Shown: piece by piece, positions 18,975-27,342 of the stretch
Position numbering within the stretch: the first letter of the stretch is position 1
Layout of the letters: each line of letters starts with the position of its first letter
Virus record (IMG/VR): IMGVR_UViG_3300027744_000070
Location: 1-32,010 of that record
Source: a virus
Lineage: Duplodnaviria > Caudoviricetes
Direction: 5' to 3' (one strand)
DNA length: 32,010 bases
Notes under the pieces: model-generated
What the model saw: the letters and a program-made list of their open reading frames with translations, nothing else
The model's database searches: none
Told to the model about the DNA's origin: nothing
Made by a program: the position numbers and the translations under genes

Positions 18975-19543
18975 TATTTGTAACCAATAGTCATGTGTCT
19001 AGTGTAAGGTGCATCTTTAAAATCAAAATGCAATGATCCACTAAACAACTCTTTGAGAGGCCAGAGAGATTTGAAATGTTCTAAATTTTCTGGACGCTGT
19101 ACGTGATCATCTATAACTAGGTCATTACCTTGAAACAAGCACAATGTACCGTTGGGTATACGATCGTACCATTCTCTACTGGCAAAATGTTCAGTGGATG
19201 TATTGACTACTAGGTTAATGTTATCATCGTATGTAGCTTTATTAGCATCTCTAGGAAACGACCTAAACTGCCAATCTTTTATTTCCCAAGTGTTATTGAT
19301 AAGATTTGCATCCATACACGCACTCGGATCAACATCATAAGACCTACAGTATTCAATGGCTACCCGTTCTCTAGTCTGCAGAATAAAATGCAGTAGTGCA
19401 TACCATCCGCCTAGTATAGCAATACGTAGTGGCTCAATTTTTTGTTGAGCCACTACAGTTTCTAATTCACGTGCCGCCCAAATTTTACTTTCAATTTGCC
19501 CAGCACTGAATGCATCAGGATCAATTTTTATCACTAGACTCAT
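18974..19543 (-). CDS. Class I SAM-dependent methyltransferase-like protein
   Basis: Likely start is MSLVIKID at 19543. Motif-I-like IAILGGWYA, acidic end of strand 2 (SYDVDP), and LVVNTSTEH at strand 4. Confidence 0.55.
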   Translation of the reverse strand: MSLVIKIDPDAFSAGQIESKIWAARELETVVAQQKIEPLRIAILGGWYALLHFILQTRERVAIEYCRSYDVDPSACMDANLINNTWEIKDWQFRSFPRDANKATYDDNINLVVNTSTEHFASREWYDRIPNGTLCLFQGNDLVIDDHVQRPENLEHFKSLWPLKELFSGSLHFDFKDAPYTRHMTIGYK

Positions 19544-20699
19544 AGTATGCGTGAGCACCAAATGGAGGAACAATAGTGTTATTGCCGTGGATGATGAATA
19601 CTGTATCGCAGTAGTTTTCATCACCCCAGCTGCCGTATGGATAACCGTCAGTAAACATGATAAACTTTTTAGGTTGAATATCGTTAGCTTTCATGTAGTC
19701 CCAGTTAACATCAAACTCGGTACCGCCACCGCCCTTGACTTCGTATTCCATAATGTCTTCACCGTACCCGTCAAAATCTGCTTCATTATAGACTTTGGTA
19801 TCAAAGCACCACAATTTAATTTTGTAGTCTTTGTATTCTTCCATAATACCTTTAATTTCACTAATAAAGTCTTTAGCTTGCTCGTCACTAATAGAACCTG
19901 ACATGTCAATACCAATACAAATGTCAATAGTCTCAGCATAGTTAGTGCCTGGCAAAATTGCACTCATGTGCCATGCTTTGCGGTTAGGACGCATAAAGGT
20001 ATAGTCGTTTTTAATAGTGCTTTGGATTTGCTGACGTAAAATTTCACGCCAGTTCATCTTAGGCTCTGTAAGCTCTTTAATCATGCGTCCAATCTCTGCA
20101 GGCACATTTCCCGCACCCGCTGCCTGAGCCGCTGTCATCATAGCTTCTTTGATCTCATCACGGATTTGCTTGAGCTCTTCTTTACTGTAAGCAGGCTGAC
20201 CATTTTTGCCTTCCTTCTCCCAGTCAATATGTTCGTCTAACAACTCGCCAAGTGCCGCTAATTCTTCATCATCATACTGCTCATAGATCTCATCATAGAT
20301 CTGTTCTGAGCTTTTGCCGTAGTGAGCAGTGTCGTGGAAGATTTTAATCTTAGGAGGAGCTTCACCAATACGATCACGTGTCAATGTACCGTTAACTGAG
20401 TAGTCAGCGGCAATGTTCCATATCTTACGATCACGACCTTCTACACGGAGCATGTGCTCAAAAACGTTATGCAGAATTTCGTGTGCTACTACAAACTCAA
20501 CTTGTTTAACAGATAAATCTGCAAAAAAGTCTTTATTGTAATATAAGTGACGTCCGTCTGTAGCGGCAGTAGCACACCAGTCTGACGCATCTTCAATTTT
20601 AAGACGAGTAGCCATATTGCCAAAAAACGGATGTCGTAGTAGCAATCCAACACGAGCCACTACAATTTTATCAACAATTGGGTCTAGATAATTTGACAT
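19521..20699 (-). CDS. DUF2201-type protein: HExxH metallopeptidase-like domain plus VWA domain
   Basis: TAATDG, HEILH, WNIAAD, then the MIDAS elements IDMSGS, GGGT and FTDG. Adjacent to an AAA+ ATPase. Confidence 0.88.
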   Translation of the reverse strand: MSNYLDPIVDKIVVARVGLLLRHPFFGNMATRLKIEDASDWCATAATDGRHLYYNKDFFADLSVKQVEFVVAHEILHNVFEHMLRVEGRDRKIWNIAADYSVNGTLTRDRIGEAPPKIKIFHDTAHYGKSSEQIYDEIYEQYDDEELAALGELLDEHIDWEKEGKNGQPAYSKEELKQIRDEIKEAMMTAAQAAGAGNVPAEIGRMIKELTEPKMNWREILRQQIQSTIKNDYTFMRPNRKAWHMSAILPGTNYAETIDICIGIDMSGSISDEQAKDFISEIKGIMEEYKDYKIKLWCFDTKVYNEADFDGYGEDIMEYEVKGGGGTEFDVNWDYMKANDIQPKKFIMFTDGYPYGSWGDENYCDTVFIIHGNNTIVPPFGAHAYYESSDKN

Positions 20700-20731
20700 T
20701 TTTTGCTCCTAAGTATTTACTGTATGTATAT

Positions 20732-20760
20732 ATTATAACAGGACCCGCAGGTCCTGTCAA
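20732..20760 (-). promoter_or_regulatory. Consensus sigma70 promoter whose spacer is a GC-rich hairpin
   Basis: Minus strand TTGACA (20760-20755), 17-nt spacer, TATAAT (20737-20732). Stem ACAGGACC-TGCG-GGTCCTGT spans 20757-20738. Confidence 0.85.
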
Positions 20761-20777
20761 TTGACTTTGGCTACTAA

Positions 20778-21869
20778 TTAACGCTTTTCTGTAGCCGCCG
20801 CAATGTACTTACCATATTTGGCATGGAAGTCGTCAAAGCATTTGATCTCATCTGGATCCAATGGCAACTGATATTGAGTAAGAGCAAGTTTAGTACCCAT
20901 AACAACCAATTCAGTTTCAAAATTATCCATCATAAACTGGAAGAAGTAGTTAACCTTGTCGTTAAACTTCTTGTCGTTTTTGTCGCTAGCATCTTTCAAT
21001 TCGTAGCACAATGACACAGTCAATGAATACATGGCACTGATTTCTTTAGTGTCCATTTTCTTAACCTTGCCGTTTAAGATGTCTGTAGGATCAGGCAATT
21101 TAGATGCAATCTTACGATGAGCCATAAACTTAACAGCTAGACCTTCACCAACAGCACCCGAGATCAAATCTGTCAATGTGTCTGTATCTTCCTCGTCATC
21201 AAACAACAACTCAGATACAAATGACCAGCTACGTGGTGTAGCAAAGGCACGTGATGCTGACTTAGGATCAAAGTCATACAAGTCCTTCTTAGAGAAGGTC
21301 AAGAAGCCAACTACGTCCTTATGGATCTTGTTGTCAACAGCCCAACCAAAATAATCTTCCCAGTCAACTTTCATTTCCAAGTGAACAAAACGGTTAGCCA
21401 ACGGAGCAGGCATACGATAAGTAACACCCTTGTCAGTTTCACGGTTACCAGCGGCAACAATGTGTACATTGTCTGGCAATTTGTAAGTACCAACACGACG
21501 GTTCAAAACAAGTTGATAAGCCGCTGCCTGTACAGCAGGAGCCGCAGAGTTCATTTCGTCCATGAACAAGATGATCTTGCTATGTTGAGCAGCCATCACG
21601 TCATCGGGCAATTCTACAGGCGGTGCCCATTCCATCTTATTAGATGTAGAATTGAAAAACGGAATACCTTTAATATCTGTAGGATCCCAAAGTGACAAAC
21701 GAATGTCAATAACATGGGCATTCAATTCTTCGCCCATTTGTTTAACAATATCGGATTTACCAATGCCTGGAGGTCCCCAGATGAACAATGGACGATTGGC
21801 TTTAAAAGCACGACGAAGGGATTTTTTAGCGGCTTTAGGGCCAACTGTACGTGAAAGGATCTCGCTCAT
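20778..21869 (-). CDS. MoxR-like AAA+ ATPase
   Basis: Walker A GPPGIGKS, Walker B ILFMDE, sensor AAGN, Arg finger ANRF and TPRSW. AGGAG RBS. Paired with the VWA gene. Confidence 0.9.
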   Translation of the reverse strand: MSEILSRTVGPKAAKKSLRRAFKANRPLFIWGPPGIGKSDIVKQMGEELNAHVIDIRLSLWDPTDIKGIPFFNSTSNKMEWAPPVELPDDVMAAQHSKIILFMDEMNSAAPAVQAAAYQLVLNRRVGTYKLPDNVHIVAAGNRETDKGVTYRMPAPLANRFVHLEMKVDWEDYFGWAVDNKIHKDVVGFLTFSKKDLYDFDPKSASRAFATPRSWSFVSELLFDDEEDTDTLTDLISGAVGEGLAVKFMAHRKIASKLPDPTDILNGKVKKMDTKEISAMYSLTVSLCYELKDASDKNDKKFNDKVNYFFQFMMDNFETELVVMGTKLALTQYQLPLDPDEIKCFDDFHAKYGKYIAAATEKR

Positions 21870-21918
21870 AAATACTCCTGGGTTAAAAAAGCGTTGAAGT
21901 TTAACTGTCTATGTATCT

Positions 21919-21947
21919 ATTATACTGCCTAACAGCAGTCACGTCAA
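21919..21947 (-). promoter_or_regulatory. Sigma70-type early promoter for the AAA+ ATPase gene
   Basis: Minus strand TTGACG (21947-21942), 17-nt spacer, TATAAT (21924-21919). The downstream AGATACATA resembles ATATACATA after the 20732 promoter. Confidence 0.8.
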
Positions 21948-21954
21948 CAGATTT

Positions 21955-22362
21955 TTAGGAGTTTTCGTCCGTTTGGCTATCTTTGTTTTGGCGATTTATA
22001 GCTTTGACTAGACCGTATTTTCGAATGTCGTCCGAAAACATATATAGCTCAAATGATTTACGCTCAGAAAATACAGTAATACTTTGGTTTGTAAGATAGT
22101 ATGGAAAATCCATAGTTCTATCAAAAAAGATAATAGTTTGGGGACTTAACTCAATTGGCTCTGTAAATGGAATTTCGTAACTACGTAGTTCCAATTCGTT
22201 TACCAAAAAATCAAACCCGTCATCACTTAGACGCAGACCCCCTTGATCTTTGCTTCTATGACTTTGCCACCATTTGTACATATGCAGTTTAATATTGGCT
22301 GCATCTATACTTCTTTCCTTTTGCTGTAGGAAAATTTTGGTAAAAGTCTCTTTTGAGATCAT
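21955..22362 (-). CDS. Hypothetical protein
   Basis: 135 aa with ATGA overlap to the upstream gene. Contains GGLRLSDDG. Confidence 0.72.
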   Translation of the reverse strand: MISKETFTKIFLQQKERSIDAANIKLHMYKWWQSHRSKDQGGLRLSDDGFDFLVNELELRSYEIPFTEPIELSPQTIIFFDRTMDFPYYLTNQSITVFSERKSFELYMFSDDIRKYGLVKAINRQNKDSQTDENS

Positions 22363-22643
22363 TTGATGATTTCGCCGGAGGTTAGTTTAACTACTTGGAA
22401 ATCCTCGCAGTTAAACATTTGATTGAGTTTTTTTGCAAGATTATGTGCATGTCCGGGATTACTAAATGATACTTTCTTATACTTAGGGCCGGGATAGCTG
22501 GTAATGCTACTTGCAGATTTTAAATTAAAAGGCTCATTTTTATAGAAGACAGCCCAAATTGCTTCAGCTTCTAAAATCTGTTCGCTTTTATAGTTCTTTT
22601 TGTTAACATAGTCTAACAGAACTTTTGGCTTAGGTCTTGACAT
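22359..22643 (-). CDS. Hypothetical basic protein
   Basis: 94 aa, Lys-rich (MSRPKPK..., YPGPKYKKVSFSNPGHA), AGGA RBS. Confidence 0.75.
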   Translation of the reverse strand: MSRPKPKVLLDYVNKKNYKSEQILEAEAIWAVFYKNEPFNLKSASSITSYPGPKYKKVSFSNPGHAHNLAKKLNQMFNCEDFQVVKLTSGEIIK

Positions 22644-22644
22644 G

Positions 22645-22677
22645 ATATATGCGTCCTATTATGTACGCATATATTTA
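22645..22677 (-). promoter_or_regulatory. TAAATA late-promoter motif with an RBS-occluding hairpin
   Basis: Minus strand TAAATA (22677-22672) overlaps the 5' arm of a perfect 10-bp inverted repeat ATATATGCGT/ACGCATATAT (22674-22665 / 22654-22645). The 3' arm ends 1 nt before the ATG. Confidence 0.6.
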
Positions 22678-22681
22678 TCAA

Positions 22682-22924
22682 TTAATTGGTGGAAAATCCG
22701 CCACCATCCATTTGTACAGTAACAGCCGCACCCGTACTAGATTCTAAACGTTTAAACAATATATCGTAATCTTCTAACAATTTTGCACTGACTTCTCCTA
22801 GACAATAGGCCAGTGCTTTAGCTGTCTTAATGTCTATTTTAATCTCACGCTGTTGCGTAAGATCAGCAGCCTTTACCTGCTGTATAAACTGTTGAATTGG
22901 AATAGTATTAATCGGATTTGGCAT
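22682..22924 (-). CDS. Small hypothetical protein
   Basis: 80 aa, helical, C-terminal VQMDGGGF, overlaps the upstream gene. Confidence 0.7.
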   Translation of the reverse strand: MPNPINTIPIQQFIQQVKAADLTQQREIKIDIKTAKALAYCLGEVSAKLLEDYDILFKRLESSTGAAVTVQMDGGGFSTN

Positions 22925-23384
22925 TAGCTAGCACCTGTTTCATTTCCAATTCACTCTTGAAGGGTCCTTTATAAGGGTAGCGTTCAATAGTAATCAGTTT
23001 AGGACAAAAGCTCTTAACCCAGCCTTTGTCAAATTTAATTGTATAATAGCCTGCACAATACAAGCTCTTACTTGCACTTGATTTAGTGAATAATGGCAAC
23101 TTACGTTGCACATTGAATAACGGATTATATGGACGGCAGCTAGTGGGATAGTCATACACATCACGTACTTCTTCGTGCGTAATTTTTACTTTATCACTGA
23201 CTAAAAAGAAGTCCTTGCCAAATCGTTTTGTTAGTTCATCTTTTTTGCTAAAGTATGCTTCGCCGTCTTTTGAACTTAGCATGAACTTGTTATTTTCTTT
23301 TTTATGTAGAATACCAACTTTTTCTCCATCTTCTTCTACAATCCAAAATTTACCATCTACTATGGGTTTGGCTTTTAAATTCAT
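22908..23384 (-). CDS. Hypothetical protein
   Basis: 158 aa with GGAG RBS and ATGA coupling to the exonuclease gene. C-terminal LFTKS..SKSLYCAGYY...SFCPK...GPFK. Confidence 0.75.
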   Translation of the reverse strand: MNLKAKPIVDGKFWIVEEDGEKVGILHKKENNKFMLSSKDGEAYFSKKDELTKRFGKDFFLVSDKVKITHEEVRDVYDYPTSCRPYNPLFNVQRKLPLFTKSSASKSLYCAGYYTIKFDKGWVKSFCPKLITIERYPYKGPFKSELEMKQVLANAKSD

Positions 23385-24382
23385 TGTGTCTCCGATAATT
23401 TAATATATCTTGCTTGAAATGGATGAGCAAATGATTCAATACTATCCATCATACGTTTCATGTCATACAGCTGACAAAACTTTAATAAACGAATTCCTAC
23501 TTGACTAATATTCTTAGGCTCTTGAATTTTCTCTTCAATAGTTGTTGTAATCATTTGTCTAACATCTTCAGGTTGTGCAGTTAGATCAACTAATGTTACA
23601 TTGCGGTTATAGTCGTCTAGGACCTTGTGTTCGATACCTTCGTGGTCGACCCAACGCTGAAGCATGAGATTGTTCCACGCCCAGCCTTTTTTACCTTTAT
23701 CTTCGTAGGCTTCTGTTAGGCCAACTTTATTCTTTGTGCCTTTAGTACGAACACCTGGATAAGCACTAAAGACATTATCACTGCTATCGCCACGCATACA
23801 TTTCTCAAATAAGATCCATTGTGGATTAGGTGCTGCCACTGCTTCTTTAGTTTTCTTATCAATTACACTCTTGCCTTTCTTATCAAAGACGCCTTCGTGT
23901 GTAGTAAGTGTATCTGCTACACCATTATACTGCTTAACATTGGGCGCAATCAATTGGTGAAAATCGCTGTCTGTCGAAATGATCACATGGTCATCATTAG
24001 GATGCATTTGTATAAAGCCTGCGATTAAATCATCTGCTTCTAGTTGTTTATGTTGCAAGACTGTGCAGTTAGTCTTTGTTTCAATAAACTCTTTAAACGC
24101 ATCAAACGTCTCCCAAAAGAGTTTATCTTCTTCTTGTTCACGTACAGTCATTGCCGCACGAGTTTCTGCACGATTAGCCTTGTAAGGCTTATAAAAATCC
24201 TTACGCCACGACCTACCTTCTAAGCAGAATACCACATGCTTCCCGCCAAAGTCATTCCACGCTTTTTTAATACTGTTAAAAGTAATGTGAAGGGCCATGC
24301 CTAGTTTGATGTCAGCGTCACCGCGAACAACGTGCCTAGCACGGAAGAATGTATTTGCAGTATCTACTAAAATATATGTCAT
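23381..24382 (-). CDS. rnh: 5'-3' exonuclease / T4-type RNase H (FEN/PIN fold)
   Basis: ILVDTAN, WRKDFYKPYKANR, LEADDLIA, IISTDSDFHQL and the helix-3-turn-helix GDSSDNV..PGV. Confidence 0.88.
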   Translation of the reverse strand: MTYILVDTANTFFRARHVVRGDADIKLGMALHITFNSIKKAWNDFGGKHVVFCLEGRSWRKDFYKPYKANRAETRAAMTVREQEEDKLFWETFDAFKEFIETKTNCTVLQHKQLEADDLIAGFIQMHPNDDHVIISTDSDFHQLIAPNVKQYNGVADTLTTHEGVFDKKGKSVIDKKTKEAVAAPNPQWILFEKCMRGDSSDNVFSAYPGVRTKGTKNKVGLTEAYEDKGKKGWAWNNLMLQRWVDHEGIEHKVLDDYNRNVTLVDLTAQPEDVRQMITTTIEEKIQEPKNISQVGIRLLKFCQLYDMKRMMDSIESFAHPFQARYIKLSETQ

Positions 24383-24383
24383 T

Positions 24384-25073
24384 TTATCTTTCAGATATTA
24401 GTTGTTCAAAAATTTCTCTGTTCATAAATTCTTGATGCGGTTGATTCCAGGATACAGTATATGGCACTCTAAAATCACAGGCAATACTAACTCGTGGAGT
24501 TGTTACATCTAAGTATTCTGTGGTTGTATGAGGTACGTAACTAGGGAATATAGTAAACCCGCCTTTAACATTATCAAATGAATGAGGAACAAATGGCTCG
24601 TATGGACTTCTATAAATGGTACTAGTTTTATAATCATCTAAATGCATATTACCACTTAAATATCCCATACTACTTGCATTATGCACATGTTCTCTAATTT
24701 TTTGACCTTCTCTAAGAATATTGACCCAACATACTAATACTAACTCCTGTTTAGTAGTATGGTCACTATCAACAAAATCAATATAGGACTTTTGCATAAA
24801 TTTTAATAAATCGGCGAGTTCTGGAAGTTCAGTGGTATAATCAAATAGATTATACATGCCAATTCTACTGGAAATACTATCGTTACCTAATCCAGTATCA
24901 CCAACATTGGACACTGCATAAGTTTCTTTAATGCGTTCTTCATTTGTAAGTAACCATGTTTTAATAGTGTCGATCTTTGCTGATTCTTCCCATACAGTAT
25001 TGCCGACTGAAATATTCCATGTTGGGGCATATTCTGTTCCAGGAAGATCGCTTTTAATTTTATAAATGTTCAT
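24384..25073 (-). CDS. Putative 2OG-Fe(II) oxygenase (double-stranded beta-helix)
   Basis: W.NI...G....HVH, LSGNMHL, G...IFPSYVPH and RVSIACD, the layout of phage 2OG-Fe(II) oxygenase-like proteins. Confidence 0.7.
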   Translation of the reverse strand: MNIYKIKSDLPGTEYAPTWNISVGNTVWEESAKIDTIKTWLLTNEERIKETYAVSNVGDTGLGNDSISSRIGMYNLFDYTTELPELADLLKFMQKSYIDFVDSDHTTKQELVLVCWVNILREGQKIREHVHNASSMGYLSGNMHLDDYKTSTIYRSPYEPFVPHSFDNVKGGFTIFPSYVPHTTTEYLDVTTPRVSIACDFRVPYTVSWNQPHQEFMNREIFEQLISER

Positions 25074-25501
25074 TAACTAACTTCTGACTTGCCTTGTGAT
25101 ATAGGAACAACATTAATATAGCCTGCACCTCTTGTGGTGTCCATGCCTTCCTCTGCTAGCATGTTTCTAACAATGTCTCTAAACCAACGATCTACAATCT
25201 CCTCGTCTGGGTCACCGTCAAAACCATAACCTGCTTGTTTCAATTGTACTATAAAAAGGTCGTTCCAGTCAAGCTCAAAAAAGCCATTCTTAATGTTATC
25301 TTTATTAACATGGGTATCTAAAACACTAACCCACGGCTCGCCTTTGGCAGTAGCACGTTCTTTAGGAGTAGATTTGGCCTGTGCTTCTGCAGCCTGTGCC
25401 TGTGCAGTTTCTGCTACTGCTTGATCTCTGGCTGCTTGTAAGGTTGCCTTTTCTTCTTCTAGCTTATCAATACCAACTAAGCGTTTAAAAAAGTTTTTCA
25501 T
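25073..25501 (-). CDS. Hypothetical protein
   Basis: Likely start is MKNFFKRL at 25501 (TAATG with the queE stop). Ala/Gln coiled coil, then GEPWV...GFFELDWND...EEIVDRWF. Confidence 0.72.
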   Translation of the reverse strand: MKNFFKRLVGIDKLEEEKATLQAARDQAVAETAQAQAAEAQAKSTPKERATAKGEPWVSVLDTHVNKDNIKNGFFELDWNDLFIVQLKQAGYGFDGDPDEEIVDRWFRDIVRNMLAEEGMDTTRGAGYINVVPISQGKSEVS

Positions 25502-26358
25502 TATGTACCCCACTCATTTTTAAATAACGGCACTTGCAAACGGTCACTGTATCGTAACCCATGTTTCATTGCTAACAATGCAATATTTTTATTATTCATA
25601 GCATAGACATTTTCAACACCGCCTACTGGCATCAAATAAACATGTCCAGTAAATCCAGCACGACGATATTCTTCAGTAGCACGTTGTGCATCAGCAAAGT
25701 CTTGCTCGGTGGCAATAACAAATTTTAGATATGCTGTTCCAAACCACTCATATTCGCATACAGTTTTTGGTCTAATAGCTTCTTCCCAAGATTCTCCGCT
25801 ACAGGGAAGTTTAGCACTTACGCTAAATGTAATTTCTCGATCTGTATTAGCCTTGCGCCAGTTGTACAAAAATGATCTAAATTCGTCAGTTAATGGTTGA
25901 GTACCATTTGTTTCGAATGTAATTTCTTTAAGTCCGCTCATACTAGCATGATTTAGTAAATCTGGATAAGCACGTTGCCAACCTAACAAAGGCTCACCGC
26001 CTGTAATAACTAAGTGTTCGTCCTTCCAACGACGGTGTGGAAGTATTTCCATAATGCGATTTACAATACCATTACTTTCCATCATTGGACTTAGATCTTT
26101 GAAATCAGGATGCCAACTAGCATAGCTGTCACAACCTGTGCTAACTAAAGGCAAGTCTTCATATTTTTCAAATGCTTTAATCATTGTGTGGGTCGCCGCA
26201 AGGTCTGTTGCCTCATGACTTAGTTCACCACGTGGCATACCAAAGCCAGCGCACTTAAAGTTACAACCAAAAGTGCGTAGAAACACACTAGGAACACCCA
26301 TGTAGCGACCTTCACCTTGTATGCTGTAGAACAGCTCTGCAATTTTAATTTTGCTCAT
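25501..26358 (-). CDS. queE: 7-carboxy-7-deazaguanine synthase-like radical SAM enzyme
   Basis: ELFYSIQGEG...G.PSVFLRTFGCNFKC...GCDS, ITGGEPLL, FETNGT, LKFVI and RLQV. folE lies 1.3 kb away. Confidence 0.85.
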   Translation of the reverse strand: MSKIKIAELFYSIQGEGRYMGVPSVFLRTFGCNFKCAGFGMPRGELSHEATDLAATHTMIKAFEKYEDLPLVSTGCDSYASWHPDFKDLSPMMESNGIVNRIMEILPHRRWKDEHLVITGGEPLLGWQRAYPDLLNHASMSGLKEITFETNGTQPLTDEFRSFLYNWRKANTDREITFSVSAKLPCSGESWEEAIRPKTVCEYEWFGTAYLKFVIATEQDFADAQRATEEYRRAGFTGHVYLMPVGGVENVYAMNNKNIALLAMKHGLRYSDRLQVPLFKNEWGT

Positions 26359-26642
26359 AACTTTAATTTTTCCATTGTTGCAATTTTACTAATTCGTTCA
26401 CCAAAGTCTTGATCATTAGTAATAATGTAAGTAGTAGTATCATTACGATCAATCTTACGATCATAACGTCTAAACTCTACAACCTTACCGCCTACTGCTG
26501 AGTAGACTTTAAAGTTCAAGATTGGTTCATCGCCGCATACAGCTTCAGAATCTCTTGAGGTAACTAATCCTCTAGAAACTTTAGCATTCTCTTCGCTGCC
26601 TTGTTGTGCCCAATTGGCTACTAATCGTTTTAACCATTTCAT
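26355..26642 (-). CDS. Hypothetical protein
   Basis: 95 aa with ATGA overlaps on both sides. Confidence 0.7.
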   Translation of the reverse strand: MKWLKRLVANWAQQGSEENAKVSRGLVTSRDSEAVCGDEPILNFKVYSAVGGKVVEFRRYDRKIDRNDTTTYIITNDQDFGERISKIATMEKLKL

Positions 26643-26854
26643 TTACATGTTCCTAAAAAATCATCTAATCTTTTTGCAGCCTCGTCAAAGTCTACAGCCC
26701 ACACCTTAGCTGTTATTATACTATCTTTAATCTGCATGTCAAATGGGATCTCACCATTCATCCGGAACTCATCCGGAACTTCAGTAGTAACAGTAAACTC
26801 AGTTAAGTTCTTTGCTCTAAAGATTAAATTGTTAGCCATGTCTACTGAATTCAT
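26639..26854 (-). CDS. Small hypothetical protein
   Basis: Likely start is MNSVDMA at 26854, preceded by an AAGGAA RBS. 71 aa. Confidence 0.65.
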   Translation of the reverse strand: MNSVDMANNLIFRAKNLTEFTVTTEVPDEFRMNGEIPFDMQIKDSIITAKVWAVDFDEAAKRLDDFLGTCK

Positions 26855-26862
26855 AATATTCC

Positions 26863-27342
26863 TTAATTTGGAAAAGGCCACGAATTACTAGGATCTGGGC
26901 GTGTCTTTAGTTTTACATTTTCTTCAATAACTTCTCCGGCATCGTTGCATAGATCAACTTGATATGGAGCAATAATATGTACTGCAGTATCTTCTTCGGC
27001 CCAATCATGTTCTCCGTCAAACAACCAGCCAGCACCACCTTCGTAGTATGCTTCTTTGAGTTCTTGTTGTTCAAGTTCACTAATGTCATCACTAAACTCC
27101 CACTCAACGCTGATGCTGTCATCAAACTCACAACCCCAACCACAATCGGTTCGAGCGTAGGCAACAGTATCACCTTGCCAAGGAAGATTACAATCCAAGT
27201 CACCTTCAACAAAGCCCTGCCCCCAACGATATGTTTCGTCAATGTTAAACCAACTGACGCTATCATCAGGATTCCTACGATACATTTCTACATGGTAGAC
27301 AACACTTTTCTTTTCCAGCGGCTTGATAAGATATACACTCAT
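26863..27342 (-). CDS. Acidic hypothetical protein
   Basis: Likely start is MSVYLIKP at 27342 (ATGA overlap with the small upstream ORF). 159 aa, D/E/W-rich. Confidence 0.72.
   Translation of the reverse strand: MSVYLIKPLEKKSVVYHVEMYRRNPDDSVSWFNIDETYRWGQGFVEGDLDCNLPWQGDTVAYARTDCGWGCEFDDSISVEWEFSDDISELEQQELKEAYYEGGAGWLFDGEHDWAEEDTAVHIIAPYQVDLCNDAGEVIEENVKLKTRPDPSNSWPFPN

Noticed and set aside
20714-20719. TAAATA just upstream of the VWA gene RBS
   Set aside because: It is too close to the RBS to leave a usable leader, and the hexamer is frequent by chance in AT-rich DNA.
25501-26358. Alternative call as NrdG anaerobic RNR activase
   Set aside because: The SIQGEG N-terminal motif, ETNGT and proximity to folE fit QueE better, and no nrdD is in the window.
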